DNA of 64,000 nucleotides from Thecamonas trahens ATCC 50062. Taxonomy: Eukaryota > Protista > Apusomonadida. The stretch covers positions 186,001 through 250,000 of the forward strand of contig NW_013657663.1 of the NCBI RefSeq assembly GCF_000142905.1, written 5' to 3'. The notes below the pieces were generated by a model. The model was not told the origin of the DNA, searched no databases, and saw only the letters and a program-made list of their open reading frames with translations. Of the stretch, positions 1-12,412 are shown piece after piece (position 1 is the first letter of the stretch; every line of letters begins with the position of its first letter). The translations under genes were made by a program, and so were the position numbers.

Positions 1-3000
1 TAGTCGATACGGTCTTGAGCTTGTGCATGTCCTCCTCCAGGTCCGCAAGCTGCTGCACACGCTTCCGCTCCTGTGATGGGAGCTGCGAGATGTTGAGCAG
101 CTTCTTCATCGAGTCTTGCTTCACCACGTGTAGCTCGTTCTGGATCTCCTGATACAGAAAGTTGCGGTACTCTTCAAAGTTGGCTCGCGTTGAGATGTAC
201 TGTGTGTACAGGTCGTGCACCAGGTCATCGTACTCTTGCTTGACCTCGTCGCGAATTTGCACAGCCTGCGCCTCCATCGCCTCCTTGAACCGCGCAAGCT
301 CGCGGTAAATGTGCGAGATCTGACGGATGAGCTCATAGCCTTTGTCCGCAACCTCCACCTGCACCCGCGTCTTGATCTTCTTCTCGTCATCAGCTCGCAG
401 CAGCTCCAGATGCCGCTTGTCCTGCTCTGCCACATACAGTCGGTGCCGCAGCTGCTCCACAAACTGTGCCTCTGCCACAGCCTGCCGCTCGTTCCGCTCC
501 GCGCCCCATGTGTGCACGCGGCCGGCAAACTCATCCATCGCCTGCTGGAACACCCGTGTCGGAATGACAATGCTCGACTCGGTCACCTCGATCTGCGCCC
601 CGCTGCTCGCCGCATCACCGCTGCCACTTGGCTCCACACGGCTGCCATGCAGCGTAAACGTGTCCATGAGCTCGCGCACGAGCCCCAGCTTGGTCCCGTA
701 GTCCGAGTCGGAAATTTCGTGCGAGAGCAGCGCCGCACTCGCCTCTGACGTTGCAAACCGCGACGAGCCGTCGAGCGTTGCCTGCAGAGTCGCCTGCACA
801 CCACGGAGCTCGGCAGCCTGCTTGCGGATGAGCACTTCTTCCAGAGCCTCCACAAGGAGGTCCAGCTGCGCGTCGAGAAGAAACTTACGAGGCACAACTT
901 GCTCAAGCTCCTCCATGCTTGGCGAGGCCTCACCAATGCCAGCCCCGAGCTCGAGGTCATGCTGCGGGAGCCAGTGTCCGGCCGCACGCGCAAGGAGCAG
1001 CACTTTGGGCACAATCATCGAGTGGTACGCCGCCTTGAGATCAACGTACTCGGCCGCCGTCGCCAGCGGCCCGCGTCCGAGCGCGAGAAGCAGGAACTGA
1101 GACTTGAGGTTCGTCACTACTGTCCCCTTCCGCAAGTACACAAGTTGAAGCGAGACAGCCTCCACAGGTTGCGACGTGACGTAGATGTGCGACGAGGCCA
1201 GCGCGTCGTCGAGCTCGTGCTGCAGCAAGTCAAACTCCTTCAGCACATACCGCCGATCAGCCTCGTGAAGGCCTACGAGCACATGCCCGAGCTTGCTCAG
1301 CGACGAGCCGTGCGCCGTTCCTGCAAGCGGTCCGTACCGGAGATACGCCGCGGGCACCATCGGCTCCAGGCCAGCCTCCAGCGACACACCCGAGAGCACC
1401 GCGGACTGCACCACAGCCCGCGGACCGAGAGAGACAAGTTGGCTCGTCGCCATGCTCTCCACTGCGTCAGGCACAAGCGCCAGCGTCGACTCCAGACACG
1501 AGAACGCAGAAAGCGATGCCGCCTGCGAGTCGCTCCCACTCCCGCCGTTCTCGAGGGCTGCAGCTGCCGCGGCTGCCACCACCGACGCATGCGGCGCGCT
1601 GGACGCGTCGCTCGGCTCCAGAATTGACACCAGGTCCAGATCCTTGGCCGCAACGTTTGGGATCCACTCGTCTTGCCCGTCTTCCACGTGCGGCAAGTAC
1701 CACCGCAGTCGCGCTACCGGTCCCATGTTTGCCCGCTCCAGGAACGACGCAAGCGCTCGGCGCATCGCCAGCGTAAAGTGCAGCGACCACTTGGCCCGCT
1801 GCGCCTTGAAGAACCGGTACACCGCGTCTGGGTCGTCCGGCTGCGACAGCCGCGTCATCTGCGTCCGCAGCGAGTGAAGCTCTTCCAGCGCCGTCGAGTG
1901 CCCGAGGCTGGCATCGTTGTAGTGCGCGTCCGAGAGGCCCAGCCGCGAGTAAAACGAGAGCAGCGCGAGCAAACCCTCCATAGCATGGAAAATCCGCAGC
2001 GCTCGCGTGAGGCCAACCACCTCGACAGCCTGAGGCGCATGCGCGAGTAGGTACGACACCCCACGCGGCGTCGGCAGGTACCACACGTTGACCAACGCCG
2101 AGCCGTCGTCGGTGAAAAACTTGCGGTCCGACTCGGTCCCCGACGTCGGCATCCCCACGAGTGCGTCCTGCGAGGTGCCGTCCGTCCCCACGCCACACGC
2201 CACCATCGACGGCGAGAGGAACGGAATCGCGTCCCGGATCGAGAGCGAGCCGCCAAAGTTGCGCGAGCCCTCGGTGCCGGCGCCAAAGGTGTTGGTCATA
2301 AAGTCCATCGAGCTAGAGGCAAACGACGCCAGCGTTTGCTCGCACCCGATTAGCTGAACTCCGCGAGCAGACGCCTTTGCTGCTGCGTTGATGTCGTCCT
2401 GGAGCGTGCCGAGCGTAAACACGTCATAGTCGCGGTTGCCTGACCACGACGAGACCGTGGCACGGACCCGGCTGACCACGTCCTTGATTTGCGCCCGAAG
2501 CAGAACAGGATACACCGCGAGCACCACATCCGACGAGTATGATGCTATGAGCTCCGACTTGAGCTGCCGCAGCTTGTCCGGCACATCGTCTGGCTTGGCC
2601 GTCCGCAGAATGTAGCCGTATTTTTCGAGGTACGCCGCCAGCACCGTCTTGCGCGCCTGAAGTTTGACGTTGTGGACTGAGAAAAAGTCTTGCGAGACCA
2701 TCGCCAACTCCTGATGCTTTGTGCGGATCAGCTCGTGGTCCTCCCGCTTCTCGGCGTCGGCCACCCGCGCTGCTGCTGCCGCCGCTCCGCCGGCCACAGA
2801 GAGGTCCAGCAGCGAGACTGCGTCTTCCGTTGCCGCCAGCTTCTCCTTCATCTTGACCGCAAACCGCCGACCGAGTAGCTCATGCCGCCGCAGCATGTGC
2901 GCCCCAATGATCGGGTCCAGAACAGCCTGGTTCGACAGCACTGCCGCCGTCAGCAGCGTCTTCTCCACAAGCTGCACTTGGAGCGCTCGTCTGAGCGCAA

Positions 3001-6000
3001 CCAGGCCGTCCTCGTTAATGAGCCGCTTGATGCCGGCCACCGTGCTAAAGTCAAACGATGCAAAAGAAGTGTCAAACTCACCCACAGCCAGCTGCATCTG
3101 CAAGTCGAGCGTTGTCGAGACAACTTCGGTCGGATCGACCGCGTCCGACTCAACCGTCTCGCTCGCATCAGTCTTGAACGAAAACTGCTTCATCACGTTC
3201 TTGTCGAGGTCATGCCCCAGTAGCCGCGACTGGTTACGGTATAGCGTCGCCAGAATCTCGGTCTCGTACAGCGCCTCGAGCAGTCCGTCCCGCAGCCGGA
3301 CAAGCTCGATCGCATTCCGGACCAGCGATGCCACGGAGAACATCGACGACTTGTTAGCTGCCCGCCGCGCCCGTGACAGCCGCAGCAAGTCCTTTGTCGA
3401 CGAGCCCAGCCCGCCAAGCCTGTTGCGATCCGCCTCTCCACTGCTGAGCGACTCCATGGCCTTGGCCTGCTGCGCTGTCGCGTCAGCCGACACAGACCGC
3501 ACAATCGTCTCCAGCCGCGCCGCATCGTCGCAAAGTGTACCGCCGAGCATGGACAGCGCGTCGTCGAGCTGGTCATGTGCGCGTTCCTCCTCTTCCAGCA
3601 GCGCCCACTCGACAAGAAGCTTCTTGAGAATGACGTGCTTGAGCGCAGCAGAGAAGACCGGCGACGAGACCCGACAGAGCCGGGCGCTAGCTGGGTGTAA
3701 AACTCGGTGAGCACGCTGTGGATGCGTGCCGCGAGTGCAGGCAGCCTGGTCAGCTCGTAGAGATGCGGCACAAACTCGAACGGGTGCAGCGCTGTCGGCG
3801 TCGTAGGCGTCACGTGGATGTATGCATGTCGCGCCGCGACGTCGTCGGGGAAGCCCGGCATCGACGTGCCGACTGCATTCGCCTCCGAGTGCACAAACGC
3901 CACATACTGCCGCTCGTCGCGGATGAGCGCGTCGGTCATCTCCGAGATGAGCCGGGTGTGAAGCTCGACGTTGACAATGCTGGCTGCATACGACTCGGCA
4001 AAGTACTCGGCATCCATGTCAAGGTCCGGCCGACTTGCGAGCAAGTCCACAATGACTTGCGCCACCTTGGCCACGCCCTCGGGATCGGGCGTGCACTCGT
4101 AGATGTGGAGATAGGCATTGACCAGCTCGGCCTTGGCCTGGGTGAACCACAGCTCCGACTCGTATAGATCGCCGAGGACTGCGAGGGCATCGACAGTCGC
4201 AAGCTTGTCGGCGCCATCTTCCGGCCCGCTCCCGCCGTGCTCGGCGTTGGTTCCGCTACCGGCTCCTGCACGCCCGCCGCCGCGTCGCCCGCTTTGGGCC
4301 TCGAACCGAGCGTCCGCGTCGCGCGACATGTAGTGCGAGCCGACCGCCACCAACTCCTCCTCGATATTGGACAAGTCGGTTAAGGCGGCATCGTACATGA
4401 CGTACACGCCCGAGGAGTCGAGCACACGCAGATGTGTGGCCCACCGCCCGGTGTGTGCCCGGGTCGGCGGTTCGTCGAGATTGGGTGGCATCACATGCAG
4501 CGCACCCGTCGAGACGTGCTCGCCGGACGCGTTGCGGACGACAAACGAGTCGATGCCTGCCGCGTCGTCAGCCCCGGATCCCGACCCAACCCTTTCGCTC
4601 GCCATGGCGCGTGCGTCGACGGTAAGCCGCCGCTCGACGGCCCGGAGGTAGTTGAGAAGATGCAAGAGCTCCAGCCGCTGCTGGCGGGCGCGGATGTGCC
4701 GGAGGTAGTAGAACGAGAGGAGCTTGGACGGAGCAAGGAAGTTGTGCGAGTCTTGATCCAGCGCGCCCTGTGGCGGCGGCGTCGGTGGCTGCAGGGTGTA
4801 CTCGGTGTTGTCGTAGCGGACACGGGCTCCCGACGAGCCACCCCCATCAACAATGGACAGCCCTAGCGCCCGCCGAGTGTGGTCTTCCATCAACCGGCGC
4901 AGTCGCTTGGCCGTCTCCTCGACGTCGCCCATGGCCAGGTTGGCAGCTTCGGCCTGGAGCCCGGGATGGATGTCGACCGAGCCAAAGATGCGCGCGGCCT
5001 GCTGGAGCTGCGTCGGCTCGGGCGTGGGGGTGAACGGCACATCGTCGAGCCAGTCGGCAGTCTTGACGTGGACGGTGTTCTCGTCGATGGTGAGCGAGTC
5101 CGCGACTCGCTGCGGAACTGCGAGCTTGTCAAACGAGAACTTTTCCTCGAGATGGAGCTGCGCAAACTTGACCGACGCGTCGTAGGCTGGAAAGTAGGCG
5201 TCCACCTCTTGGAGGACAAATACCGTCTGGAACTTCTTGTTGGCGATCCAGAGGAACTCGTGACCGTCCATGCCCTCAAGGTTGACGTCGAGCTCCCAGA
5301 AGTCACGCAGCTCGGCGAGCTGTGCGTCCATGTGGGCCCGGTGGGTGATCATGAGCGGCATGCTATGGGCGTTGATCAGATGCTCGTGCCTCTCTGTCTC
5401 TGAGAGGGTAAACGTGTGCTTGATGACGGCCGCAAGCCGCGAGGTCCGCAGCAGCTCGTGCGCGTCCTCGAACATCGACGTCCGCTGCGAGTGGGTGAGC
5501 CAGGTGGCCTTGGCGAGGAGGCGATGAATCCGTGATGAAATGCGGTTGTGGTGGACGAGCCACCGCAGGTACATCATCAGCTCCGCCTCTTCGACCACCA
5601 CCGGCGGCGCCCGAGCCGATGCGCTCGCGCTGCCAGCCTCTGCTCCGGCTCCGCCCGGCGTGGCCAGCCCAGCCTTGGCCGGCGAGCTGCTGGATCCAGC
5701 CGCATCAAGCGACGGCGTCGGCCGGTCCGGCGTTCGCGGCGTCGCGGCTTCGTCGCCGCCGCCAGTGCTCCGTGACGGGCTCCTAGACGTGCTCGTCGAC
5801 GTGGCCGGCGTTGCACCGAGCCCCAGCGCACGCTCGCGGGCCGCAATCTGCGGCTCCAGTCGCGCAAGCATGTCGAGAACAGCCTGGCGCTCGTTGGCAA
5901 TGGACGCCAGCCGCGCCCGGAAGACCGGCATCAGCTCGGAGAGCTTGTCGGCCGGTACATCAAAGCTGGCCCATCGCGCGTGATGCCGAGCCTCTTTGAC

Positions 6001-6681
6001 ATCCAGCATGCGCGAGTACTGCTTGAGAAAAGTTGCGATCAGGGCAGGCATGTCTGCGTCGAGCTCATATCGGCGCTTTCCAGCCCACGCCACCTCGTTG
6101 CGCAAGACATCAGCCTGGACCACCAGCGGCGACATGTCGGGCAGCACTGCCAACCGTGCAATCTCCAGGTCACGTTCCGATCGCAGCTGCTCCGGGTGTG
6201 GAAGCTGTCATTTCCGCCATGAACATACGCAAGGGTGAGTATGGGTGACCAGAGAGTGAGTGAGTAAGGTTCCAGGGGTTGGGGTTGGGGGGGGTTGGGG
6301 GGGGGTTGGGGGGGGGGGGCGTTGGAGAGGAATTTTGGCGCGGAGTGTGGCGCGGGTGAGACAAAGCCAGAGGAGGCGTACCTTGTAGGGGACAGGGAGG
6401 GCGAGAGGGACGGGGCCAAGAGTACTATCACCCGGAGAAGGGCTTGGAGGAGGGGAGGATGTCGAGGTAGCCGGTAGGGCGCGACCGTATGTTGCCCTAC
6501 GCGCACGCTCGAGCTGGTAGCAGTCGTCAAGGAGGTGCTCCAGGTCCAGCTCGGCCACTCTCGTCCGGAAGGACCGATCGTCGGCGACGTTACCAAACGA
6601 CAGCGACGACGGGTAGCGGGCATGGTACTGCTCGATACGCGCATGCTCCTCGGACAGTGCCGTGGCAGCTGCGTCGGTCAT
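1..6681 (-). CDS. CCDC162/DUF4549-like large coiled-coil protein (>2100 aa, 3' end beyond window); exon 6681-6382, intron 6381-6205, apparent 1-nt frameshift at ~3670
   Basis: ATG at 6681 (MTDAAATALSEE..PYK|GTACGC donor; GACAG acceptor, exon 2 LPHPEQLRSERDLE in frame with ORF 3193..6153). PLVVQADVLRNE..LKQYSRMLDVKEARHHARWASF resembles the DUF4549/CCDC162 N-terminus. After ~3670 coding continues in another frame (VSSPVFSAALKHVILKKLLVEW..), which is the same frame seen at position 1. Confidence 0.7.
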
Positions 6682-7225
6682 GCCCTTTTGAGCAAAGGGG
6701 GATGTGGGTGAGAGTGAGGTGGGGAAGTCGACTGGTGGAGGAGGTCGAGGTCGAGGTTGAGCTCGAGCTGGTCCGTAGCCGTGTGGCGGGTGGTGGTTGG
6801 CTGGGTGGCAGTGGCAGTGGCAGTGGCAGTGGCAGCAGGTGGCGGCGGTTGCTGGGTGGCAGTGGCTGTTGCCGCTCCTCCAACCGACCGACCGACGGCA
6901 ACGGGTGGCAGTAAGGCAGGCCGAGGGGAGTGCGAGTGCCACAGAGTCAACCACACTGCTCACTGGGCCTTGCTGCTGGACTGTGCACTTGGGGCGTGCC
7001 AGTCGAGAAACAGAGGGTGCCGTTATGAGCATGCCAATCAAGGTTTTGCGGTGTACGGTGTGAGCTTGGGTGCGAGGGTGGAGGCGGGTGGGGGGGGGGG
7101 GGGGGGAGGCGGTTTGTGTTTGCTCCTGCGGGCATGGCCAGGGGCGGCTCTGGCCATGGTGTGCTACCACGGACTGGGTCGAGCTACTCACAGAGCGTGC
7201 GGTTGTTGATGGGGGGGTGGGGGGG

Positions 7226-10200
7226 ATGGTAGCGCCAACGCCACCGCGGCCGCATGCGCAGCAGGAGGAGTCGGGCACGGTTGCAGGCCCTACACTGACG
7301 TCGCGGGCACTGGTCGACATGCGTCCGGCCGGTCTGCCGTCAGACCAGATCCAACGGTCGGCTGTGGTGTTTATGGACTCGGGCTCGTCGTCGGGCTCGC
7401 CGCCACTGCGGCGGCGTCAAAGGCCCCGGGCTCGCCAGGCCCAGGCCGGGCCGCGGAAAGAGCGTAGCGGGAGCTCGGCCTCGGGCTCGCCCGGCCCGCT
7501 CCCGCCGCCGGGCTACAAGACCTTCTACTTTTCGCTCGAGCCGCCGCAGGTCGTCCACCGCGACGCCTCGCCGCATGTGCCAGAGACGCTGGTACGGACC
7601 AGGGTGCGCAAGCGGGTCAAGACCCGCCGCAGAGTCGAACCGCAAGTCTCCGCGCCGCCTGCCACTCCGCCGCCCGCCAACAACGGCAACGCCACCGCGT
7701 CCGGCTCAAACTCGGATTCACCGTCCGGTAAGCTCTCTATCGAAGATCTCGAGCCGTTTCTGCACGCTCGCCTGCCTGTGCCGTCGGCGCCGCACGCGCA
7801 GGACGATCTCTATCCGCACCTGCTCGGGCTCGACCGCGAGATCCTCTTCCGCATCCTCCACTCGCTTGGAGTCCGGGATCTGGAGGCCTTGGCACTCACC
7901 TGCCTCCCTCTCAATCTGTTTATCACCCAGCATGCGCCGCTGTGGCGAGTCAAGGCCCATGCCCTCGATCGCGCGCTAGACGATGCGACTCGGCCACCGG
8001 CGCCGCCGACTCATGCGCCGCCGTCGCACGCCGACTTGCTATCGGGCTCGCAGTCTGGAACGCCGACGTCAGACTCGGGCTCGGACGAGTACGACTACTC
8101 GGGATATGACGAGTACGACGAGCCGGATTCGGACGGGCTGCTCTCGCCCAAAGCTGCCGCCGCTCTCCAGATCCGTGAGCTGAAGACCCAAGTCCAGCAG
8201 CTACAAGCTGACCTCGTCGTCGAGCGGACGGCTCGCGAACATGCTGTAAGCCGACTTGAGGCCAGTGGCGCGCAGAGCGGCGATAGCGATGACGCGCAAG
8301 CCGTCGCTGTCGCTCGCACCGCGGAGTTGGAGGCCAAGGTCGAGGCCATGCACTCTGCTGCCGAGGAGCGGGACCAGCGGTTGCTGGCGCTTGCGTCACA
8401 GCTGGGCGCGGCAAAGCGGGTTGCGCGTGAGCTCGAGGCCGAGCTTGTCGCCGCCAATGAGGCTGCTGCCGCTCGCGAGGCTGAGTTAGTTGCCCAGCTC
8501 GAGGCCGAGCGCAATGGCCGTGCCCGCGCAGTTGCTGTTGCCGCCGCCACCGCTGAAGCTGCTGCTGCCGATGAGGAGCACCTGTCGGCAACGCTTGATG
8601 AGCGGCTTTCGGCGGCACACCGGGCGAGGCTGAATGCCGAGGACGCAGCGGCGAGTGCAGAGGCCGAGGCAGCTGCCAGCCGTGCCGACGCTGACGCGGC
8701 CCGCGAGGCAGCGGCGCGGCTGACACAGGAAGCCACGGTCCGCGACAGCCAGCTGGCATCGCTCCGCCGCATGAACACGGAGCTCGAAGCTGTGCTCGTC
8801 GAGATGAGCGGCGACGCCGGAGGCCTGGGGCCGCGCGATGTGGCGGTCCTCCGGTCGTCGGTGGCTTCGCTCCGGGCGGCGCACAGCGAGCTGAGCGCTG
8901 ATGCTCAGGAGCTTGCTGCGTTGCACGCTGAGGCTCTGGCGCAAATGGGTGCATCGCTCGGGGCGCTGGCAGCATCACACGACAACGAGCTGGTCAGCCT
9001 CCGATCGTCCCTCGCCTCGCTGGTTGAGCTCGTTGATGTCAACGATGGTGCCAGCAGCAGGCCAGGCTCGCCGTCTCCGGCCAACTCGGAGGCTGTACGG
9101 GCGATGATGGTCATTGCCCAGCTCGAAGAGCGCAACGAGCGGCTGGAAGCCGAGCTAGAGGCCTCGCGCCTGCTTGTCTCGCAGCACATGGCGCATCTGG
9201 AGAGCCAGAACGCAGCGCAGGCTGTTGATCAAGAGCGGCTGGTCGCTCTAGCAGCGCGTCTCGCCGAGCTCGAGGCCGAACTCGAAGAGACATCGGTGGC
9301 GCTGGCGGCCGAGACCCAACGGTGCGTGGCGCTAGAAAACTCGTCGACCTCGTCGCAGCTGGCGGCGTCGTACTCGCTACTCCAGGAGCAAAACGAGGCG
9401 CTGGAGAACGAGCACGCACTGGTGGTGAGAGAGCTTCAGGCCGAACGCTCGGCTGCAGCCACGTTGAGCGAAGAGCTCGTCGCGCTCCGCACCCGTGCCG
9501 AGACTGCCGAGGAGGCGGTGTCACGCGAGCAAGCCGCTCGCACCACTGCCGCCAACGAGGCCGAGATGGAGCTGGGCGCGGCCCGGGTTCGCATTGCGGA
9601 GCTGGAGGATCTTGCTGCCGAGTTGCCTGCGCTCCGCGAGGCCGCAGTCAAGGTTATTGAGCTGGAGACCCAAGTGCTCGAGGTCGAGGCTGAGGTTGAG
9701 GCCAAAGCGGCCAAAGCCAGCGAGTACAAGACCAAGCTCAAGGCCAAGAAGAAGGAGGTCAAGGCGCTGGACAAGGAACTCGCCGAGCTTCGCGAGCAGC
9801 ACGCGCTCGAGTCTGAAGAGCACGTTGCGGCGTTGGCAGCGGCGCAACAGGCCGCCGAGCAGCGGGCCGCCGCCGCCGAGGCTGCCGCCGCTGCCGAGCG
9901 TGAGTCGGGCAAGGCCGCAGCGGCCGCGGCGCTCGTCGACCACATGGTGGAGATGGCGGCGGCGCAGGCGGCGGCGAGCGAGATGCAAGCCGCAGCGGTG
10001 GCGACCGCAGTGGCCGAGGGCGAGGCCGCTGTTGCCGCAATCCGCGATGAGCTCCTCCTCTCGCAGTCGATGCTGATGACCGCCGAGAGCAACGGGCGGG
10101 AAGAAGGCGAGGCGACAGCGGCAGCGACGGTGGCCGCGCTTCGGACTGAGGTCTTTGAGCTGGCGCGCGAGGCCGATGCGCTGCGTGCAGAGCGGACCAA

Positions 10201-11371
10201 GGCCGAGGCCGAGGTGGTCACTGTTGGCAAGACCGTGGTCGAGCTGCGGGAGCAGGTGGCGATGATGCACAAGGAGCTCATTGCGCTCAGCGATGCTGCC
10301 GAGGCCGCCGAAGCCAGCAAGGCCGAGGCCGAGCGGCTGCTCTCGGTCCGCAACGACGAGGTGGCCGACAAGGTGGCCGAGCTCGAGACGGCATCGCAGC
10401 TCATGGATCAGCTCCGTGAGCGGCTGGTGGGCACTGTGGCCAAGTCGCGCGAGATGGAGAGCGCGCTGCGGGACGTCGACCATGAGCGGACCGCACTGCG
10501 GCAGCGGGCGGCGGAGCTGGATGCCAAGCTGGCAGAAGAGCGGGCGTCGGCGACATGCCCGTCCGCCCGTGAAGAGGCGCTGGCGGCCGAGCTCATCCAG
10601 ACCAAGAAGGCGCTGGCGAGCCGGCTGCAGCAGCTCGGCGAGGCGCGGTCAAAGGTCGTCCGCCTCTCGAAGAGGGTGAGCGACGGCGAGGCGGCCGCAA
10701 CAGCGAGGGAGGCCCATCTTGAGTCCTCGGTCTCGGCGCTGAGCCACGAGCGTGACCGGCTGGCGAGCGCATGCGCCGAGTCGGCGCGCAAGATGACGAG
10801 CCTTCAGGCGCGGATCGACGAGCTGGAGGTTGTCGTCGGGTCGGGCCAGCTGGCGTCGAGCGCTCGGATGAGCGAGCAGCTTCGCGCTGAGGCCGAGGCG
10901 CGTCAGGCGGCCGAGGCTGCGCTGGACAGCGCGCAGGCCGAGCTGGCACATGTGCAAGCAGAGGCGCGGGAGGCGCGGGAGTTGCGCCGCGAAGTTGCGC
11001 TGCGCGAGGAGCAGCTCCAGCGGGCGACGGCACTGCTCAACGCATCGCGCTCGCCGAGCCCCGTCCAGCGGGTCCGCACCGGCGACCGGCACGGTCACGG
11101 CGTGAGCACCGACGACGAGAAGCGGCTTGTGCTCTCGTACGCGCGGTACCAGGACACACTGGCCGACGGGCTGGTCGGTGACGGCTCCGAGTCAGTGGCA
11201 CTCATGGTGCGCCGGCTGCACGAGCTCGGATGGACCCGTCCCCAGCTCGAAGTTGTCCACGCGCTTGCCGCCGATGCCGGCATGCTCGGCGACGCCGACT
11301 CGCCGTCGCGACCGCGCGAAAGCACTCCGCCTCGGCCGCACCCACACCCCACACCAGAACGCGCCTGGTAG
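7226..11371 (+). CDS. F-box-like motif plus ~1000-aa coiled-coil protein
   Basis: Long ORF 7070..11371, first plausible ATG at 7226. LLGLDREILFRILHSLGVRDLEALALTCLPLN..LWR is F-box-like, followed by an A/E/L/R-rich heptad region. Confidence 0.75.
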   Translation: MVAPTPPRPHAQQEESGTVAGPTLTSRALVDMRPAGLPSDQIQRSAVVFMDSGSSSGSPPLRRRQRPRARQAQAGPRKERSGSSASGSPGPLPPPGYKTFYFSLEPPQVVHRDASPHVPETLVRTRVRKRVKTRRRVEPQVSAPPATPPPANNGNATASGSNSDSPSGKLSIEDLEPFLHARLPVPSAPHAQDDLYPHLLGLDREILFRILHSLGVRDLEALALTCLPLNLFITQHAPLWRVKAHALDRALDDATRPPAPPTHAPPSHADLLSGSQSGTPTSDSGSDEYDYSGYDEYDEPDSDGLLSPKAAAALQIRELKTQVQQLQADLVVERTAREHAVSRLEASGAQSGDSDDAQAVAVARTAELEAKVEAMHSAAEERDQRLLALASQLGAAKRVARELEAELVAANEAAAAREAELVAQLEAERNGRARAVAVAAATAEAAAADEEHLSATLDERLSAAHRARLNAEDAAASAEAEAAASRADADAAREAAARLTQEATVRDSQLASLRRMNTELEAVLVEMSGDAGGLGPRDVAVLRSSVASLRAAHSELSADAQELAALHAEALAQMGASLGALAASHDNELVSLRSSLASLVELVDVNDGASSRPGSPSPANSEAVRAMMVIAQLEERNERLEAELEASRLLVSQHMAHLESQNAAQAVDQERLVALAARLAELEAELEETSVALAAETQRCVALENSSTSSQLAASYSLLQEQNEALENEHALVVRELQAERSAAATLSEELVALRTRAETAEEAVSREQAARTTAANEAEMELGAARVRIAELEDLAAELPALREAAVKVIELETQVLEVEAEVEAKAAKASEYKTKLKAKKKEVKALDKELAELREQHALESEEHVAALAAAQQAAEQRAAAAEAAAAAERESGKAAAAAALVDHMVEMAAAQAAASEMQAAAVATAVAEGEAAVAAIRDELLLSQSMLMTAESNGREEGEATAAATVAALRTEVFELAREADALRAERTKAEAEVVTVGKTVVELREQVAMMHKELIALSDAAEAAEASKAEAERLLSVRNDEVADKVAELETASQLMDQLRERLVGTVAKSREMESALRDVDHERTALRQRAAELDAKLAEERASATCPSAREEALAAELIQTKKALASRLQQLGEARSKVVRLSKRVSDGEAAATAREAHLESSVSALSHERDRLASACAESARKMTSLQARIDELEVVVGSGQLASSARMSEQLRAEAEARQAAEAALDSAQAELAHVQAEAREARELRREVALREEQLQRATALLNASRSPSPVQRVRTGDRHGHGVSTDDEKRLVLSYARYQDTLADGLVGDGSESVALMVRRLHELGWTRPQLEVVHALAADAGMLGDADSPSRPRESTPPRPHPHPTPERAW

Positions 11372-11552
11372 AGAGGCTTGTTCGGTTAAAGAGAGAAAGG
11401 CAGCGTAGCGTTTGAGCGAGACGCGCGCCTGCGGTCGCCGACGTGCCGTGTCGCCAGTTGGCCGGCCGGCCGTCACCCGGCGGCACTCGACTCGCAGTAG
11501 AGGCCGAACAAGGCGGCAGAGGCAGCGGGCGGGCAGCGGAGAGACGGAAGAC

Positions 11553-12401
11553 ATGGTGGTGTACGGCTTTGCCATGCACGACGTGGAGAGTGGTATGCCT
11601 GTGGCCTGGCAGTTCTACACGCCCGAGGGCAACAACGAGCACGCGCCCGAGCGCCTTCGCTACCTCACGGCCCGAGTCACAGGCGCCGTCCGCTTCGACC
11701 TCGCCTGCGCTGCCTTTGACGCCGGCGCTGAGCTGGGCGATGGTGCTGCGAGCGGCGCAGGCGGCGCGGGCGGTGCGGGCGTAGGCGATGGCGGCGGCCC
11801 GAGCGGAGCTGGCGATGGCGGGGGCAACGCGGGTGGGAGCGCCGTGGGCGGGAGCGGTGGCGGCGGCGGCGGCGACGACGGCGACGGTGGAGGCGGGAGC
11901 GGCGCGGGAGGGGCAAGTGGAGGTCAGGGGCTGGATCGGCGAGTGATCGACGTGGTAGCACGCGGGGCAGGCCAGCTGGGCGCACTGGGCGCGGTGAGCG
12001 AGGGTGACGTCGACGCGGTCATGGGCGCGACGGGCCCGTTGAAGCTGGTCGGCGTCTCGTCGGGCGGCTTTCGGCTCGGCGGCGACGGGAGGCTGGTGCC
12101 GGCGGACGCCGTGGTGGTGTGGCGGCGAGTCAACAAGGTGGCGTTCTCGCTGGTGGTCTTTGCCGACGAGAACATGCGTGCGGCAACGACGTTCCTCCGC
12201 ACCTTTTCGCTCATCCTCGCCGAGCACTTTAAGAGCGACAAGCTGACCGAGACGCCGGCGGAGCTGCTTGCCCGGCCGGATGAGGTCCTGACGCTTCTGA
12301 TGTACCAGCTGCCGTGTGGCCAGCTGATGACGACGACAGTGCACACGGCGCGGCACCTCAAGAAGGAGGCCGAGTTTCTGCTCAACGCCGGCGGCAAGTG
12401 A
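11553..12401 (+). CDS. AP5S1: AP-5 complex subunit sigma-1 with Gly-rich insertion
   Basis: MVVYGFAMH start; GGFRL..VVVWRRVNKVAFSLVVFADENMRAATTFL..RPDEVLTLLMYQLPCGQL matches the AP5S1 pattern (GAFRL..VVW..F.LV...EN..A..L..LP.GQL). Confidence 0.8.
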   Translation: MVVYGFAMHDVESGMPVAWQFYTPEGNNEHAPERLRYLTARVTGAVRFDLACAAFDAGAELGDGAASGAGGAGGAGVGDGGGPSGAGDGGGNAGGSAVGGSGGGGGGDDGDGGGGSGAGGASGGQGLDRRVIDVVARGAGQLGALGAVSEGDVDAVMGATGPLKLVGVSSGGFRLGGDGRLVPADAVVVWRRVNKVAFSLVVFADENMRAATTFLRTFSLILAEHFKSDKLTETPAELLARPDEVLTLLMYQLPCGQLMTTTVHTARHLKKEAEFLLNAGGK

Positions 12402-12412
12402 GAAGCGCTGCG

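Noticed and set aside
2721-3710. Long antisense and alternate-frame ORFs (also 9436-10404, 35732-36853, 50030-50995, 60345-61415 and many others)
   Set aside because: Shadow ORFs caused by high GC3 bias of the real gene on the other strand or frame, with no domain motifs.
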